A DNA stretch of 64,000 nucleotides from Monocercomonoides exilis PA203 (Eukaryota; Protista; Preaxostyla), in assembly GCA_001643675.2 (NCBI GenBank), contig LSRY02000049.1, positions 496,001 to 560,000 on the forward strand. Reading direction: 5' to 3'. A program made the position numbers and the translations under genes. The notes beneath the pieces were generated by a model. The model worked only from the letters and a program-made list of their open reading frames with translations. It was not told where the DNA came from and ran no database searches. Below are positions 25,715-38,746 of this stretch, piece by piece; position 1 is the first letter of the stretch, and the number at the start of each line of letters is the position of its first letter.

Positions 25715-26900
25715 ATGGAATGGATTGATTCGTTGAGCAAAGCGCGCCTTCGAGATATGATTAGAGAATGGTCCATCGATGATCCAAGTATTAACCTTGT
25801 AATTAGAGCATCTGCACAGCAGCCAATAGATATTTCCAAAGAAAAATTTCTTTTGACTTCAAAAGACGATGGCCTTCCCCCAAACATCCCGGTTATGTTA
25901 AAGAAGAAAAAAACAGAAGAATGGATCAAAAACTGTGAATCATTTACATTACCAAATACAGTACGAATTTTAAGAGCAATTTCTCAAGCTGTATGCGAAT
26001 CGATTTTGAATGGATTTAGACCAGAAGGAGAATTGTTTGTTTTTCAAATTTTGTTAAAAAAAATGACAAATGCTCTTTTATTTAACATTAAGGTTGTTTA
26101 ACTTACTAGATGCATGGGAAAGAGTTGTTATATCTAAATTTAAATATCATTCAGAAGAACAAAAGCTTGCGTTAAGACTTGAATTACTGAAATATCATTC
26201 TGTTATTGGTATTATTGAATATGAACCAGAAGAAGAAGGGGAAGAGGAGGAAGAGGAAGAAGAAGAAGAAGAAAAAGCACAAGATTCTTCTTCAAGTTCA
26301 CAACCCGAACAGGCAGATTCCGCAACAACAGAAAAAGATGAAGAAGAGGAAGAAGGCTGGGAAATTTCAAATAGTTTTCTGTGTCTTGCCGAAATGATGA
26401 CAAGTGCAATAGGAGACGATATGCCCCCAATTCCACCATCCCAAGTTCCAGCGGAACATGCAAACTCGTCTTTGTCTCTAACTGTTGCATTAACCCAAAT
26501 GGATGCTCAAATGAAACCAGAGCATACTTCCCCAAATTCAGAATCTTTACCAACGACATCACACCCAAAACCAAAAACAAGAACTTCAAGCAACATTAAA
26601 AATACCTCACCATCGACATCTCAAAAATCCCGTATTGCTACTTCATCTTCTGCTCCCTCTCGGCATCATCCACTTTTGGCTGGCCCATCACCTTCTTCAC
26701 TCGCAAAAAAGCCTTCAAGACCAATTTCCCCTTCTTCTCCATTTGCACCCAAAGGGTCATCATCTTCATCTTCCATGACGACTTCCAATGCCTCCACATC
26801 AGTTAATCGTGGAAGATCACCAGTTCAACATAAAGAGCATACAAATGTATTTTACACAGCCCAAAAACCAGTTACCCCTCCAGTTGTAAAACCAAAGTGA
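25715..26900 (+). CDS. Hypothetical protein (~375 aa), helical N-half, acidic tract, Ser/Pro-rich tail; intron 26035-26092
   Basis: A GTTTG..TAAG 58-nt intron joins ORF 25715 and ORF 26070 in frame (..RPEGEL|LFNLLDAW..); 5' end uncertain. Confidence 0.7.
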
Positions 26901-27168
26901 AAATAATCTATAACCTACACAATAGACGAAAAATATTATCTCAAAACAATATTTATTGATATTTATTTGAGAAAATTATTCTAGTTCCATATTTAATTTT
27001 TTATTATTATTTTATGGATTGTTTTATATTCCTGAGATGAATGCCGATAATTTTAAGACAACAACAGTATATTCAATATTTTAAAAAATTGCGACACTGA
27101 TTGTCTTGTATTTTTATTCATTTAATTGAACTTTTTTCTTTTCTTTTTTAAAATAGCAACATAAGGTC

Positions 27169-29976
27169 ATGACAGATCATAATACAAATGAACAATATTA
27201 TTTTTGCCGAGATAACAATGACTTTGCATCAATTGATCCAATTTCAAAAGAATTGACTGGCTTTCAGTCACGAATATCTCAATCGACTGATCAACCTTTT
27301 TTTCGAAAATTCGCTCATTCAATACCATTTTCATCGGAAAAGAATTCATTTTCTGTAACTCATTTATCTTCTCAGACATCTTTTCCCTTTATTAAGCAAC
27401 TTACTCAAGGAGCCTATTCAAATTCTCTTTTGACTCAAGAATCAAGATGTTTCCAAGCTCATAACGAAAAGTCTACAGATTTTGGCAAACGTCAAAGTGA
27501 AAATGCTTTCTTATATATTTCGAATCCAAAGAAATTTCTTCATGATGATAAAGAAAAGCTTTTTAACGATGATTCAATAGAGTTAAATGCACAACAATTT
27601 TCATCAGAAAAATCATTGCTTCAAAGTAAAATTCAAGTGCCTTATTCGCATGCCATTGATTCTACTCTTTCGCAAACATCTTCTCCTCATCAGTTGCTAT
27701 CTGTTGAAGATCAGATGAAGCTAACAAATTGCTCATTTTCAAACAGTTCATCTTCATCTTCAAAAGACTGCTCCAGTTATCCCAAAGAAAATGTTTTGAG
27801 AGAAGTGGAACATAAAGGAAAAAGTGACTCGAGCTTCATTTTATGCCCATCTGATGAAGTGCCACCCATTTATCCTTTAATACCAATAGAACAAAAGAAA
27901 TTACTCAAGCCTCAAGAGCCAAAAGAGAAAGCTCTTTATGACAATTACCCAATTAATGATATCATTTCTCCCTCGCTATCAAAAAGTGAAAATAACTTTT
28001 TATCTCTTCTCGATCACTTCGAGAGAGCTGATGAAATAGAAGATGCAGTATCAATCGTATCAGAAGTGAAACGCAAAGCTTCAACTGTTCCTTGCAACGA
28101 TGAAGATCTTCCATACTCTATAAAACATGCAGACATCCTATCTGTTAACTATGCGAAGGAGATTCGGGCAATGTTTGGCGAAAAATTGAGAAAGATTGAA
28201 GAAGAGCGAAAAAATCAAAACGATAAACCGTTCAGACACGAACAATCTTTTGAGCTTTCCTCAAAAGAAGCTTCACATTCTGTTACTTCATCTGAATTCT
28301 CAAAAGAAAACCCGCAAAAATCTTCTTTGCAATGTTCGACATTTGAGCCACCAAAGCAACCTCTAACAAGGCCAGATTCTGTTGGCTCCTTATCATCTGC
28401 ATCTTCAATCACTTCGCAGGATTCGTTGTCGTCTCTGTCTTCCTCTTTGTCAATTGACCAGCACACTGCAGATTCTATAGCTGGGTGGGTGTTTGGAGGA
28501 ATCAGCGTTCAGCCCGTGGCTATTGGGGTACGACTGGAAGACGCAGCGCTCAAACAGACTGAGAACATTGCCAAAGCCGAGGCGCGAATGCTGCTGAACT
28601 GGAAAAGCGAAGACGAGAGAGACGAGCAAAGGGCAGTGGAGCTGAAAGAGGCGAGAAGCAAATTGAAGGAGAAACTGGAGCAGGAAGAGCTGTTTTTTGG
28701 AAAGGGAGACAATTGGCGCTTTCTTCAGCAGGAAATGGAAGAATTGAAAGCAGAAGAGTCAAAATTCAGGGCGAGGCGAAGGAGCATCATCAAATCCCAA
28801 ATCAAAGACGCTGCAAGATTTGCGAAAGAAAAAGGGAAGTGGGTTGAAAAGAACTGGGAGACAAGGAAAGAAGAGCGAATGCTGTGGAACGCTGCGCACA
28901 AGAAATTCGTTGAGAAGATGCTTTTGAAGGACGAAGAGCTCAGCAGAGAAAAAGGAGAGACGATTGAAGAGCTGATTGCACAGTACAAAGACGCAGAGGA
29001 CTTGGGCAACGAAAGCGAGGCTGCGAAATTGAAGCAAAGGATCGCGCAGAAGATGAGAAAGCTCGAAAAGGCAAAGAAGAAGCAGATGATGTCGAGGTGG
29101 GAGAATTTCCTAAAGCACTTCAGGAAGCAGCAGGAGAGGAGATGTAATGAGAATCTGTTGGTTTCGGATTCAGCTGCACAAAACGTATCATATTGCGATG
29201 CACTGACAGACAGTTCCTTGGAATATTTTCAACAAGATGCTCCTTTGTCGTGTTTGTTGTCTGATTCTCATAGTGAAGCAGCTTCTTCAAACAGCAGTTA
29301 TCTTTCACCAACCGGCCAGATTTCTGAGGCACGTGTCGAATCTCAAAATGACTCATTCTTTTTAACTGATGCTACTCCTTCAGAAATCACACAGTTTAAC
29401 GATCAATTTGATTATCCTCATTCAAATTCCACATTATTTTCCGATCAGTGTACTTCAGATAAACCAGAAAATGTTACCGCAGACATGAATATGATTAATG
29501 ATTCGAATGATGAAGATGATCTTCAGCTTCCTTCTCCTCCAAAAACTCCTCCGCCTGCCTTGCCTCCTCAAGCACTGGACGACTGCGCTTCTTTTAATCA
29601 GTCCCTTTCTCCACCAGAAAACACAGCACAAGCTGTTTTGCTGCCTCCCAAGCTGGATCCTCCTCTTCTAACAACACCTTCTGTTCCAAAGATTGATTTG
29701 CCTGTGAAGCCAAAAGAGGAATATGACCCATCTCAGGGACTTCTCCCCACGCCTGCCCAGCCACTACCCCCAGAAAAGTTGGTTGTTTCCTATTCTGCAT
29801 CGAAGCCTGTGGTAATTCCCAAGTCATCGTTTATTGCGTCTCTGAAAGCAGGAATTCATATTCCAGTATTATATCCACCAAACGTGGTGCTGATGAAACC
29901 AAAAGAAGAAGCTCCTCTTTTTTCTGCTCCGTCTCTTTCTCGGGTACCACTTCCTTCCAACTCTGTTACTGATTGA
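27169..29976 (+). CDS. Hypothetical protein, paralogue 2 of the local QIKxA-W-W-TIEEL family; Pro-rich C-terminus
   Basis: 935-aa ORF containing ..RRRSIIKSQIKDAARFAKEKGKWVEKNW..EERMLWNAAHKK..TIEELI. Confidence 0.88.
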   Translation: MTDHNTNEQYYFCRDNNDFASIDPISKELTGFQSRISQSTDQPFFRKFAHSIPFSSEKNSFSVTHLSSQTSFPFIKQLTQGAYSNSLLTQESRCFQAHNEKSTDFGKRQSENAFLYISNPKKFLHDDKEKLFNDDSIELNAQQFSSEKSLLQSKIQVPYSHAIDSTLSQTSSPHQLLSVEDQMKLTNCSFSNSSSSSSKDCSSYPKENVLREVEHKGKSDSSFILCPSDEVPPIYPLIPIEQKKLLKPQEPKEKALYDNYPINDIISPSLSKSENNFLSLLDHFERADEIEDAVSIVSEVKRKASTVPCNDEDLPYSIKHADILSVNYAKEIRAMFGEKLRKIEEERKNQNDKPFRHEQSFELSSKEASHSVTSSEFSKENPQKSSLQCSTFEPPKQPLTRPDSVGSLSSASSITSQDSLSSLSSSLSIDQHTADSIAGWVFGGISVQPVAIGVRLEDAALKQTENIAKAEARMLLNWKSEDERDEQRAVELKEARSKLKEKLEQEELFFGKGDNWRFLQQEMEELKAEESKFRARRRSIIKSQIKDAARFAKEKGKWVEKNWETRKEERMLWNAAHKKFVEKMLLKDEELSREKGETIEELIAQYKDAEDLGNESEAAKLKQRIAQKMRKLEKAKKKQMMSRWENFLKHFRKQQERRCNENLLVSDSAAQNVSYCDALTDSSLEYFQQDAPLSCLLSDSHSEAASSNSSYLSPTGQISEARVESQNDSFFLTDATPSEITQFNDQFDYPHSNSTLFSDQCTSDKPENVTADMNMINDSNDEDDLQLPSPPKTPPPALPPQALDDCASFNQSLSPPENTAQAVLLPPKLDPPLLTTPSVPKIDLPVKPKEEYDPSQGLLPTPAQPLPPEKLVVSYSASKPVVIPKSSFIASLKAGIHIPVLYPPNVVLMKPKEEAPLFSAPSLSRVPLPSNSVTD

Positions 29977-30257
29977 CCAAAAAAATATGCGTTCTTCTAT
30001 ATCATTCGACTTCGTTTATTTTAAATAATTTTCTGTAAAAAAAGAAAATTTTTGATTTTCGCTTTATTTTGCTTAAATACCAATTCAATTGCTCAAATTT
30101 TACAAATAAATCTTGTAATAACTTTAAGCAAATTTTAGGGATGAATCACTTTTAAAAATGAAAAGTTGGACCTTTTTTTAATTTTTTTGAATGTTTTTCA
30201 AATGAAAAGTTGATCTGAAGTATACTTTAAACAAGAACAGTTATCTTTAAACACAAA

Positions 30258-31498
30258 ATGGCAGAAGAAGAAGAACAAGAAGAAATTGACCCGCAAAAAA
30301 AGTTGGGCGTTTATGAAGGAGGAAGAGATGAGGGTACAGGAGGTTTGATACGGATTACAGTTTCCTATTTTTAAAAAAAAATAATTTTCCTTGACTCTTT
30401 TCACGAACTGTCAAATCAAACAGAAAGGCAAGGATATGGCATAAATAGATTTCCAAATGGAGATATATTTAAGGGAGAATATGTTAAGGGGAAGAGAGAG
30501 GGGCCAGGAAAGTATTTCTGGAAAGATCCAATTGCAAAGTACACCGGTACGTATTCTGCACACAAAAAGGAAGGCTACGGTGTTATGAAATATCCAGATG
30601 GATCTATATATGATGGTTAGCTTCTTTTTTTGCAAAATTGTTTAGAAATTAACAATCATATTTCAGGATACTTCCATGAAGGAAAAAGGCATGGCCAAGG
30701 AAAATATACTTATCCAAATGGAGACACATATGAAGGCGACTGGGAAAATGGAAAGAAACACGGAAAAGGAGTTTTCACGATTAAGTCTGAAAACAGCAAG
30801 GTTTGAAAAACTTAAATTTTTTGATATTCACATTTTTTTTTGAAATGATACCGTTATAAGTATATTGGAATCTGGAAAGTTGGACAAATAATACGTGGGG
30901 TTTGGGAAATAAAGGACGGAACGTACTATGCAGGAAAATTTGAAAAGCAACGACCAAACATTGAGGGGAAATATGTGATGGTGAGCGGAAATGTTGTTTC
31001 TGGTTCATTCAAGGAAGAAACAAAAACCATCGAAGTTCCTGTTTGCACTTTATTTTATGACTTTAGTTTAAAAAAGATTTTTTTTCCATTTCTCATTCAA
31101 GGTTGAGGAGGAGAAAAAACTGACAGCAGAAGAAGGTGGCGAAGAAGAAGAGGAAGAAAGGAGAGAGCCAACAATGAAAAAAGTTGAAAAGATAACGCTA
31201 AGGCAATTCATTCCTAGCGGATTTTCAATGGCAACTCAAGAAGTGTGAGAATTCATTTATTCGGCATTGGTTAAATGTTAAATTTTTTCGACATTTTCAT
31301 TGAATGAAAAAACGACTTTTCTTATTTGACTTTGCTTTTGCTTCTTCTTTTCTTTCAATTTTATTTTAGTCAATCGCAGCCGATCACGACATTGAGGTTG
31401 TTGAAGGAGAACTGTACGTCCCTCCAGAAGAGACTAAACCGAAAAGAGAAGGTGAAGAAGGAGAGGAAGAGGAAGAAGGAGCAGAAGAAGAATCTTAA
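30258..31498 (+). CDS. RSPH1: MORN-repeat radial spoke head protein 1 homologue, 6 exons, ~286 aa (missed by the ORF track)
   Basis: Exons 30258-30342, 30424-30615, 30667-30800, 30861-31040, 31102-31242, 31370-31498 splice in frame: MAEEEEQEEIDPQKKLGVYEGGRDEGTGERQGYGINRFPNGDIFKGEYVKGKREGPG..YPDGSIYDGYFHEGKRHGQGKYTYPNGDTYEGDWENGKKHGKG; acidic tail. The YEGGR.E.GER.G.G...PNGD opening is typical of RSPH1. Confidence 0.85.
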
Positions 31499-31793
31499 AA
31501 AGATTATATTAAATTCACGTTAAATTTTAATTTAAGTTTATATAATATTAAATAATAATATTTTTAAACTAATTGAATTTTTTTTAAAAAAATATTTTTG
31601 TGAAAAAAGTTTAAACGTTTAAATAGACGCGGAACAAAACGCCTAACAATTAGTATACAAAAAGGGTAAATAATTGAAAATTTCAGATGAACAGTTTATT
31701 TCCTAAATCTGGTCTTGAAGAGCAGTAATGGGATTGGTATGATCATTTCCCTTTACATATTTATTCTCAGGTTAACTCAGAAAAAGACTTGAA

Positions 31794-32597
31794 ATGTTCG
31801 GACAAGTGGAAACATATGTTGAAAAAGATTGCGAGATATGTTCTTTTTCGTCCAATGCAGAGGAGCAGTGCGCATTGAGAAGGTGTGGATGTTTTGCTTT
31901 TCTGTGACCATTTTTCAATTTGAAATGGCTTTTGTGTTTTGATTGTTTTTTATCTTAAAAATGCTTGTTTGCGCAATTGCTCGCTGCGTTTACGTGGATT
32001 ATTGTGGCTGGTGCTTTCTTCTCCATTTTTTGTAGAAAGGAGCTTTTTGCAGATAAAGAGCGAAAAGAGGGTTTGCAAGCGAAGTGGACGGCCACAGTCG
32101 AGCGCGCTGCAGGGGAAGAGGAGATCAGGAGAACGAGCAAGGCGATGATGGAGACACTGGGGAGGAGTGTTGGGGAGTATGTGGAGAAGGACGGGACGCT
32201 GAGTGCGGCAGGAGAGGAAGAGCTGAAGCGCGTGGAGCAGTTCCTGCGGTTTGTGCGGGGGATGTCGGGGCTGACGTCAGGGGAGCTGGCGCAGGGGCTG
32301 GTTCTCCTGGAGCGGGTGGTGGAGTGGGATATAGCGGAGAAGGCGGAGCAGCGGACAGGGTCTGTGGCGATAAGCACAGTTGGGACACTCCTTCTGTGCT
32401 GTGTGGTGGTGGCTGAGAAGATGAACAGGGATCGACCGCTGTCGAACGGGGCATTCAGTCGGAGCCTGGGGCTGGAGTGCAGCGTGCTGAATGCGTCAGA
32501 GCGGATCTTCCTGGGGTGTGTTGGGCATCGGTGTGTTGTGGAGGCAGAGGAGTTCTGGGAGGAGTGCCACAGAGTGTTCGGGTGGGACTGTGCTTAA
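31794..32597 (+). CDS. PHO80/cyclin U(P)-like cyclin; probable intron 31883-32035
   Basis: Cyclin-box pattern FLRFVRGMSGLT..LVLLERV..TLLLCCVVVAEKMNRDRPLSNGAFSRSLGLECSVLNASERIFL; upstream ATG exon splices in frame (GT..TAG); 5' structure tentative. Confidence 0.75.
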
Positions 32598-33553
32598 GAC
32601 TCCGCTGTGCTGGTGCCTTGGCTAATAAGAACAAATGCCGACTGTTGGATGATTTTGTGAAGCATGTTGGGTGCAAATCAACTCATTGCTGTGAAATCTG
32701 TAAAGTCAAACCAGAAAAAGGATGTGAGTGTTGGAAGCATAGCAGTCATTCCAGCATCACTCTGGAGCTGTAGATTTGGCTCAGGCTTCAAAGAGCACCG
32801 TGCCGTGAAGCATACTTATATGTTCGCTCCTTTTCGCATTGTTATTTATAAAAATTGAAATTATTATTATTATTGAAATTATGTTTGGATTTGTATTAGA
32901 GTTTATGTTTTGTTATTGTGTTTGTATTTGCGTTTGCTTTTGTGGTTGAGGGGGTTTATTCATTAGATTTCGAATCTTTATTTGATTTGAGTGTATTATT
33001 ATGTTATGTTATGTTATGTTGTGTTATGTTGTGTTTTCTTCTGAATATCATTTTGCGTGTTCTGTTTCGATGCAATTGTGCTTTCAGTTCATTTGCATCA
33101 GACTTTCTCCATTTGAATTGTTTTGTTTTGTTTTTTTTGTTCAGTTTAAGCTTTTGCGTTTTTGCATTGCTTTTTCTTCAGTTTTTATGGACGCTTTATG
33201 TTTTTTTGTGTGCTTCCATTTTTCTTTGCTTTGGGCTTTTATCAACAAGCTTTTTGTTTACAAAATAATGAATTTTACATATTGCATCCATAAGCAAAAA
33301 ATCTCAGAGTTTTTCAAAATAGTTTTCACTATTAAACGATTATTTAAACAAAAGGAGAATGAAAACATTATCGAATAATTAATGCATCTTTTTTGGGTCT
33401 TGCACAATGGTTGATAAAAAGAGATCAATTTTCGAAGAGAAAACGCATTCTCATTGACTCGTTGAAATATGAAAAACAATTAGTTATTGTTACAATCATC
33501 AAAATGAAAAGATACCGATTATAGAAGAAGCTATTCAAGATGAATTAATGAGA

Positions 33554-36079
33554 TTAATAAGCGATATTTATTAATTGTTTCATCCACATTGATTTTTCAA
33601 ATAAGAATGTCGATTTCTTTTGATTCTTCCATTGAATAAAAGAAATCACTGACACTCTCAATGAGGATACAGATTTTGAAGATGGATCACTTGAGATAAA
33701 ATGAGGATCAATTATCACAAAAACAGTTTTTCCGTTCGTTATATTCCTCGCATATGAGCAATCCCCGTTAATTCTTTCAGAAAAATGCTCAAATTGTGCA
33801 AAAGGTGTAACGATTGAATGTTGAAGTTGAATCCGCTTTATTAATATTGCGCTTTCATCAATCAAAACAGCGTTGATCCCTTTTCTTCGCAACCTCTTTT
33901 CTTTTCTTTGATTCGAGGTTTTATCGCAGAATCTTTGCCCTAATTCCATTGGATCAATGATGTAATCAGAAACATCATGAATGTCAAATGTATCACTTTT
34001 TGGTTGAGGAAGAAAGACAACCGCATTTTCTTCTTCGTTCCCTTCCATTGAAAAATCTATTTAAAAAATGAGAAAAATAAGGATTAATTAAAAAATTTGA
34101 TGCATCATACCAAAAGATGAAAAATATTCGCTCGGTAATGTTGATAATTTTTGACGTTGATATGAATAAGAGCGAATAGCATGGGATAATTTCGCAGAAT
34201 CATCCACAGTCTTTGCAAGCGCTAAAAAATTTGAAGTTGGAAAGGACGATTCTGTTGCAGACAAAGCTCTATGAAATAATGACCCTTTTGAAAGCTGTTC
34301 ATTGACTGCTTGATTTTCTGATTTTCGCACAGAATAAGAAGGATTTTCAATCACACTTGAAAAAGCTCCAAAGCGAATGGATTGATTTGGATATGGAAAT
34401 TCAAGATAATTATTCTCTAACAAAGCTTTGCCCGTAAACATTTTCGAGCTGTAAGATGGAAGATAACGTCCATCCTTCACATTTGTAGAAGACGAAGAAA
34501 AACAATCTTCTGAAACTGTTTGATTATTCTTTTCACATGTCGAATTATCAAAATCACAGTAATGTCCTTTGCTTTCATTGTGTAATTTTTCATTCCGTAA
34601 TGAGATGCTATCGTCTTCGTTGTAATATACACCATTTTTGAACATTGCGTCATATCGCTCAATATCTGTCATTTCATGTTCTCGCTCTTTCTTATCAATT
34701 TTCTTTTCTTTCTTGATAATTAGCTTTTCGAGTTCTTCTTTCTTTTGTCCTTCCAATCCACACTCCAACATCTCCAACAACATTCTTTTCAACTCTTCTA
34801 TCGTCTGACTGCTTTGATTATTCTTCATAATATCTTCATTTTCTTCTGTATTTTCGTTTTTTATTGTGACCCTTTTTTCTGCTTCTTTCCACATTCTTTC
34901 TTCTTCATCATCAATAATCCAATCTTTACTCACCCATTCTCTAAATACCTTCCAAAATTGCTTAGCTTCTTTTATTTGATGCCTGACAACTTCTTTGCGA
35001 TAAGAATCAATTGCCTTTTTTGAAGTACTGTCCTTTGATCGATCATTATGTTCGCAAGTGCTTTCAGATCCTTCAACTTCTGCTTCCTTTTCTGTAATTG
35101 TCTTTGCTATAGCCTCGCTTTTGTTTGTCTTTCGTATCATGTTTCTATGCATATCGGCCATGTCTTGTTCTTTCCACTTTATCAAAAGTCCTTCTTTTGT
35201 AACGTCACGAATACGAGATGTTAATCTGCCATCCTCTTCAAAATCAATGTCAAATGAAATTTTTTGACTTTTGAGGGAAATAGGGTTCCATTTAACAACA
35301 TCTATTTCAGTAAGTAGCTCAGGATGCAATGTTTGTTGAATGCCAATACCATTTTGATTAAAATTATTTTGTTGATTTTTTTCTTGTGATGCTGTTTTTT
35401 CTTTGTTCGGGCACGTTTTTTTGTGTTCAATCATCAAGTTTTTATCATTCGAAAATTTAAATTCCAAATATTCAACATTATCAGATTTTTCACATTCAGA
35501 TAAAAAGGATTTTCCGTATTCTTCCATTTTCCCTTCTAAATGCAATAATTTTTCGTCTGAAGCAATTTTCTCAATTTCTAAGAAAGTTGAATGCGGTTTA
35601 TGCAAATACATAGAATCGACTATTGACGTGTATTTCATTTGAGAGCAACTGTCTCCTAATGATGATTTTTTTTCTAAATAAACAATATCATCATTAGCTG
35701 TCTTCTCTTGAATCGATGGATAAGATTTTGTTGGGGGATTGCCCTTGCAATTAATTGAACAAAAACTTTTGCTTCCATTTTTATGAAAAGTTTTTATTAT
35801 TCTTTGGGTTATTTTTGGAAAGGACGAAGGAATTTCTGTTGATTTAACATTTTTTGTAAATTGAGAGAAATGCTTTGTATTAGCAGCTGCTCCAAAATAT
35901 CTCAAAGATTTGTTGTTAGCTGCATCATCGCAAGCATCAAAAGGAATTGAAGAAATTGATGAAGAGTTCCAAGAAGAAATTGCTTTGTGATGATTTGAAT
36001 CACCGCTTGTGAAAGTTGTAGGAAAAGATTCTACATCTTTATAATAAAGTGCACTGGATGCGCAAAGTGAAGACTCCAT
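33554..36079 (-). CDS. Hypothetical protein, paralogue 3 of the local QIKxA-W-W-TIEEL family; intron 34110-34057
   Basis: ORF 34088..36079 joins ORF 33554..34048 through a GTATG..ATAG 54-nt intron (..FSSF|DFSMEG..); contains QIKEAKQFWKVFREWVSKDW..EEERMWKEAEKR..TIEELK. Confidence 0.82.
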
Positions 36080-36572
36080 GCTCTTTTCTGAAAGTAATAA
36101 AACAAATATTTAATAATTAATGAAATTTCATCAAATAATATTAAGGGGCAAAAAATCTTGTCAATCATTTGGAACAAAATTTTTTGTTTTATGAATTTTG
36201 TTCCACACAGTTCTTTAAAAGATTTTTTTCGATTTTTTAAATTTCAATATGAAATATTGCACGATAATGTTAGAATGATAATCATTCGATTGCAGAAAAT
36301 GTTTGGAACAAATCTTTGAATTTTATATAAATGAAAAAATTTTGTCCCATTTATCAAAAAATAATTGTTATTAAGTTTGCTATATTAATCGAGAATAACA
36401 ATGAAGAAACAAACAAACAAATATAAAAAGAAATCATTAGAGCAATTCTCACAAAAATTATTCAAAGTGATTTCAAATCAGAGCAAAGATAAAAAATACA
36501 AATTAATTTTTATTAAACAATGAAGTTCTTAACAAATAATGATGATATAAAGATAAATCAAAAATCATTTAT

Positions 36573-38746
36573 TTACTTTCTAAATTGTTTTCTACTCGTC
36601 AAAATTGGATTTAACCAAATAACGATTGATTGTATTCTCTTGACTTCTTCAACCAACTGAATGTGATTTTGCAGCCGATGGTTATTCTTCCGAGAGCTGA
36701 AAAATCGATTATCAAACCTTCTCAGCACTTCGGCCTCGTCAATTTTGAGTCCTCTTTCAATGTTGCTATCATGCTCCAAAAGATTTTCAACATTAATAAC
36801 TTTCACCAAAGAAGCATCATCCTCATGATTTTCACGAATTGTTGAAAGAAGTGAATGACTTATGAAAGAAATACTTTCCTCATTTGGCTTGTTCCTTGAA
36901 TCAAAACATGGTGCCTCATGATCAGACAAAGAATGTGAAGAAGGTGGAATTAACAAAGATTGGCGAAATTTTTGAACGCTTGAATGCAATTTTGACGATG
37001 AATGAGGAGATGACTGAATATTCACTGAGAATGGAAAGGGAATATCAAGTGAAGATTCCTTCTCAACAGAAGAAGCCATCGCAGGTGTTGACGTTTGCTG
37101 ACAAAAGACAGGAAATATTGAGGCATGCTCGTTCTGAGATACGTTCTCTAAGTTGTGAAGAAATAAGAAAGGCGATGTGTTTTTCTCTTGTGAAGGAACA
37201 ATTTCTTCATTTGAATGCGGATATTGTGAAATATTTAACTGATTCAGTGGTTCATTTTTCGATCTTTCTTCAAGCTCATCAACCGCATCACAGCTCATAT
37301 CTCCTTCACATTCAGCATAATGATCCAGCATGCTTGCTTGTGAGCTAAATCTTTTATCTCCGTTTTTTTGCTTGTTAACATTTACATCTGGAAACCAGCC
37401 ATATCGTTTCTTCCCTTTCGCACTGCGCTTCTGGTCTTCTTCCAAATAACGATCCAAAACAGAAACAGCTTCATTCTTTTCTCCTTTCTCTTGTCTTCGC
37501 TCTATTCTGGCAATTTCCTTTTCGAGTTCCTCTTTCTCTTTTCCATCCAAGCCATGCTCAGATATTTCTAAAAGCATCCCTTTCAGTTCTTCAATTGTGT
37601 GATTGCTTTGTTGAATTTCTATGCCTTCCTCTTGAGCTTCAACATTTTCCTTCACCACAATCTTCTTCTCTGCCTCTTCCCACATTTTCTCTTCCTCTTC
37701 ATCTATCATCCAGCTCTTTTTGACCCATTCCCCAAACAACCTTTGGTGATCTTTAGCTGCTTTGATCTGCATTTTTGTAAGTGTTCTCCTCTTTTTCTTC
37801 CATCTATCCATTTTTTCAATGTCTTCCTGAATTACTTCGTTGCAACTGCTTTTAATTATTTCTTTGTTTTCGCTTTTTTCATTATTCCCACTGTCATCTG
37901 CATTTAAGTTCCCGCTTTGATGATTCAATGGAATTGCGAAAGTTGGTTTTGAGGCTGATAGTATCGCATCTTCTTCTTGCCAAAAAGAAAGAAGCGCATT
38001 TTTCTTTGCTTCTGCAATGCGCGAATGTTTGACGCCTTCCCTTTCGACCTGCACATCATATGATAATTCTCTGTCAGGCGGAAGCAAAGTGTAATAAGAA
38101 ACTGGTCTCTCAAAACAAGTGTTTAGCGTAGAATGAACAGAAATTGAAGACGCAGAAGAAGCATCTGATTCACAATCGTTTTCTTTAATATCGCAATCAA
38201 TATTCACGTCATTTTTTAGCGAGTGGCTTGACTCTGAAATGATCTCGGAACTGTGCGCCTGCGAAGAAAAGTCTAAATATTCTGATTTCAAATAATTGGA
38301 TGAAGGTTGATGAATTTTAAAGATTCTCTGAGTCCTCACGCTTGAAGTATTATTTTTTGAAGATGTAGCTTCATCCTTTATGATGGTTGAAAAAAATATG
38401 TTTTGCTTTAGCTTTTTATGTAGTGTTGATTTTTTGCTTTCAAAAGCAATCCGAGATTCTGCATTCTTTTCAATAGATGAAAATTGAAACTGTGGAAACG
38501 AATGCTTATTGACTTTAATTGCATTTACGTAAAAAGGAGAAGAGGATTTTGTTGGTGAAATAACTGAAAAATGTTCTGGTTGATAAACATCTGACTGGGA
38601 AGTATAGTGTGCTGTTGAACTTTCAGCACTTTGCGTTTGAAATTTAATTAAAGTATTTTTTGAAAAATCCTTTGAAAAAATTGTCCTTTCCTGAATATTC
38701 TAATAAATATCAAGAAAAACAACGAAAAAACAATCAGACGTTTCAT
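36573..38746 (-). CDS. Hypothetical protein, paralogue 4 of the local QIKxA-W-W-TIEEL family
   Basis: The frame of ORF 36573..38339 stays open up to a TAG acceptor at 38700; possible micro-exon MKRLI from ATG 38746 (tentative). Contains QIKAAKDHQRLFGEWVKKSW..EEEKMWEEAEKK..TIEELK. Confidence 0.8.

Noticed and set aside
20437-32597. Host-wide stop-codon reassignment (TAR=Gln or TGA=sense)
   Set aside because: Conserved genes end at the expected place with TAA (U2AF2, RSPH1-like, cyclin); others end in TGA; multi-kilobase ORFs contain no internal TAR
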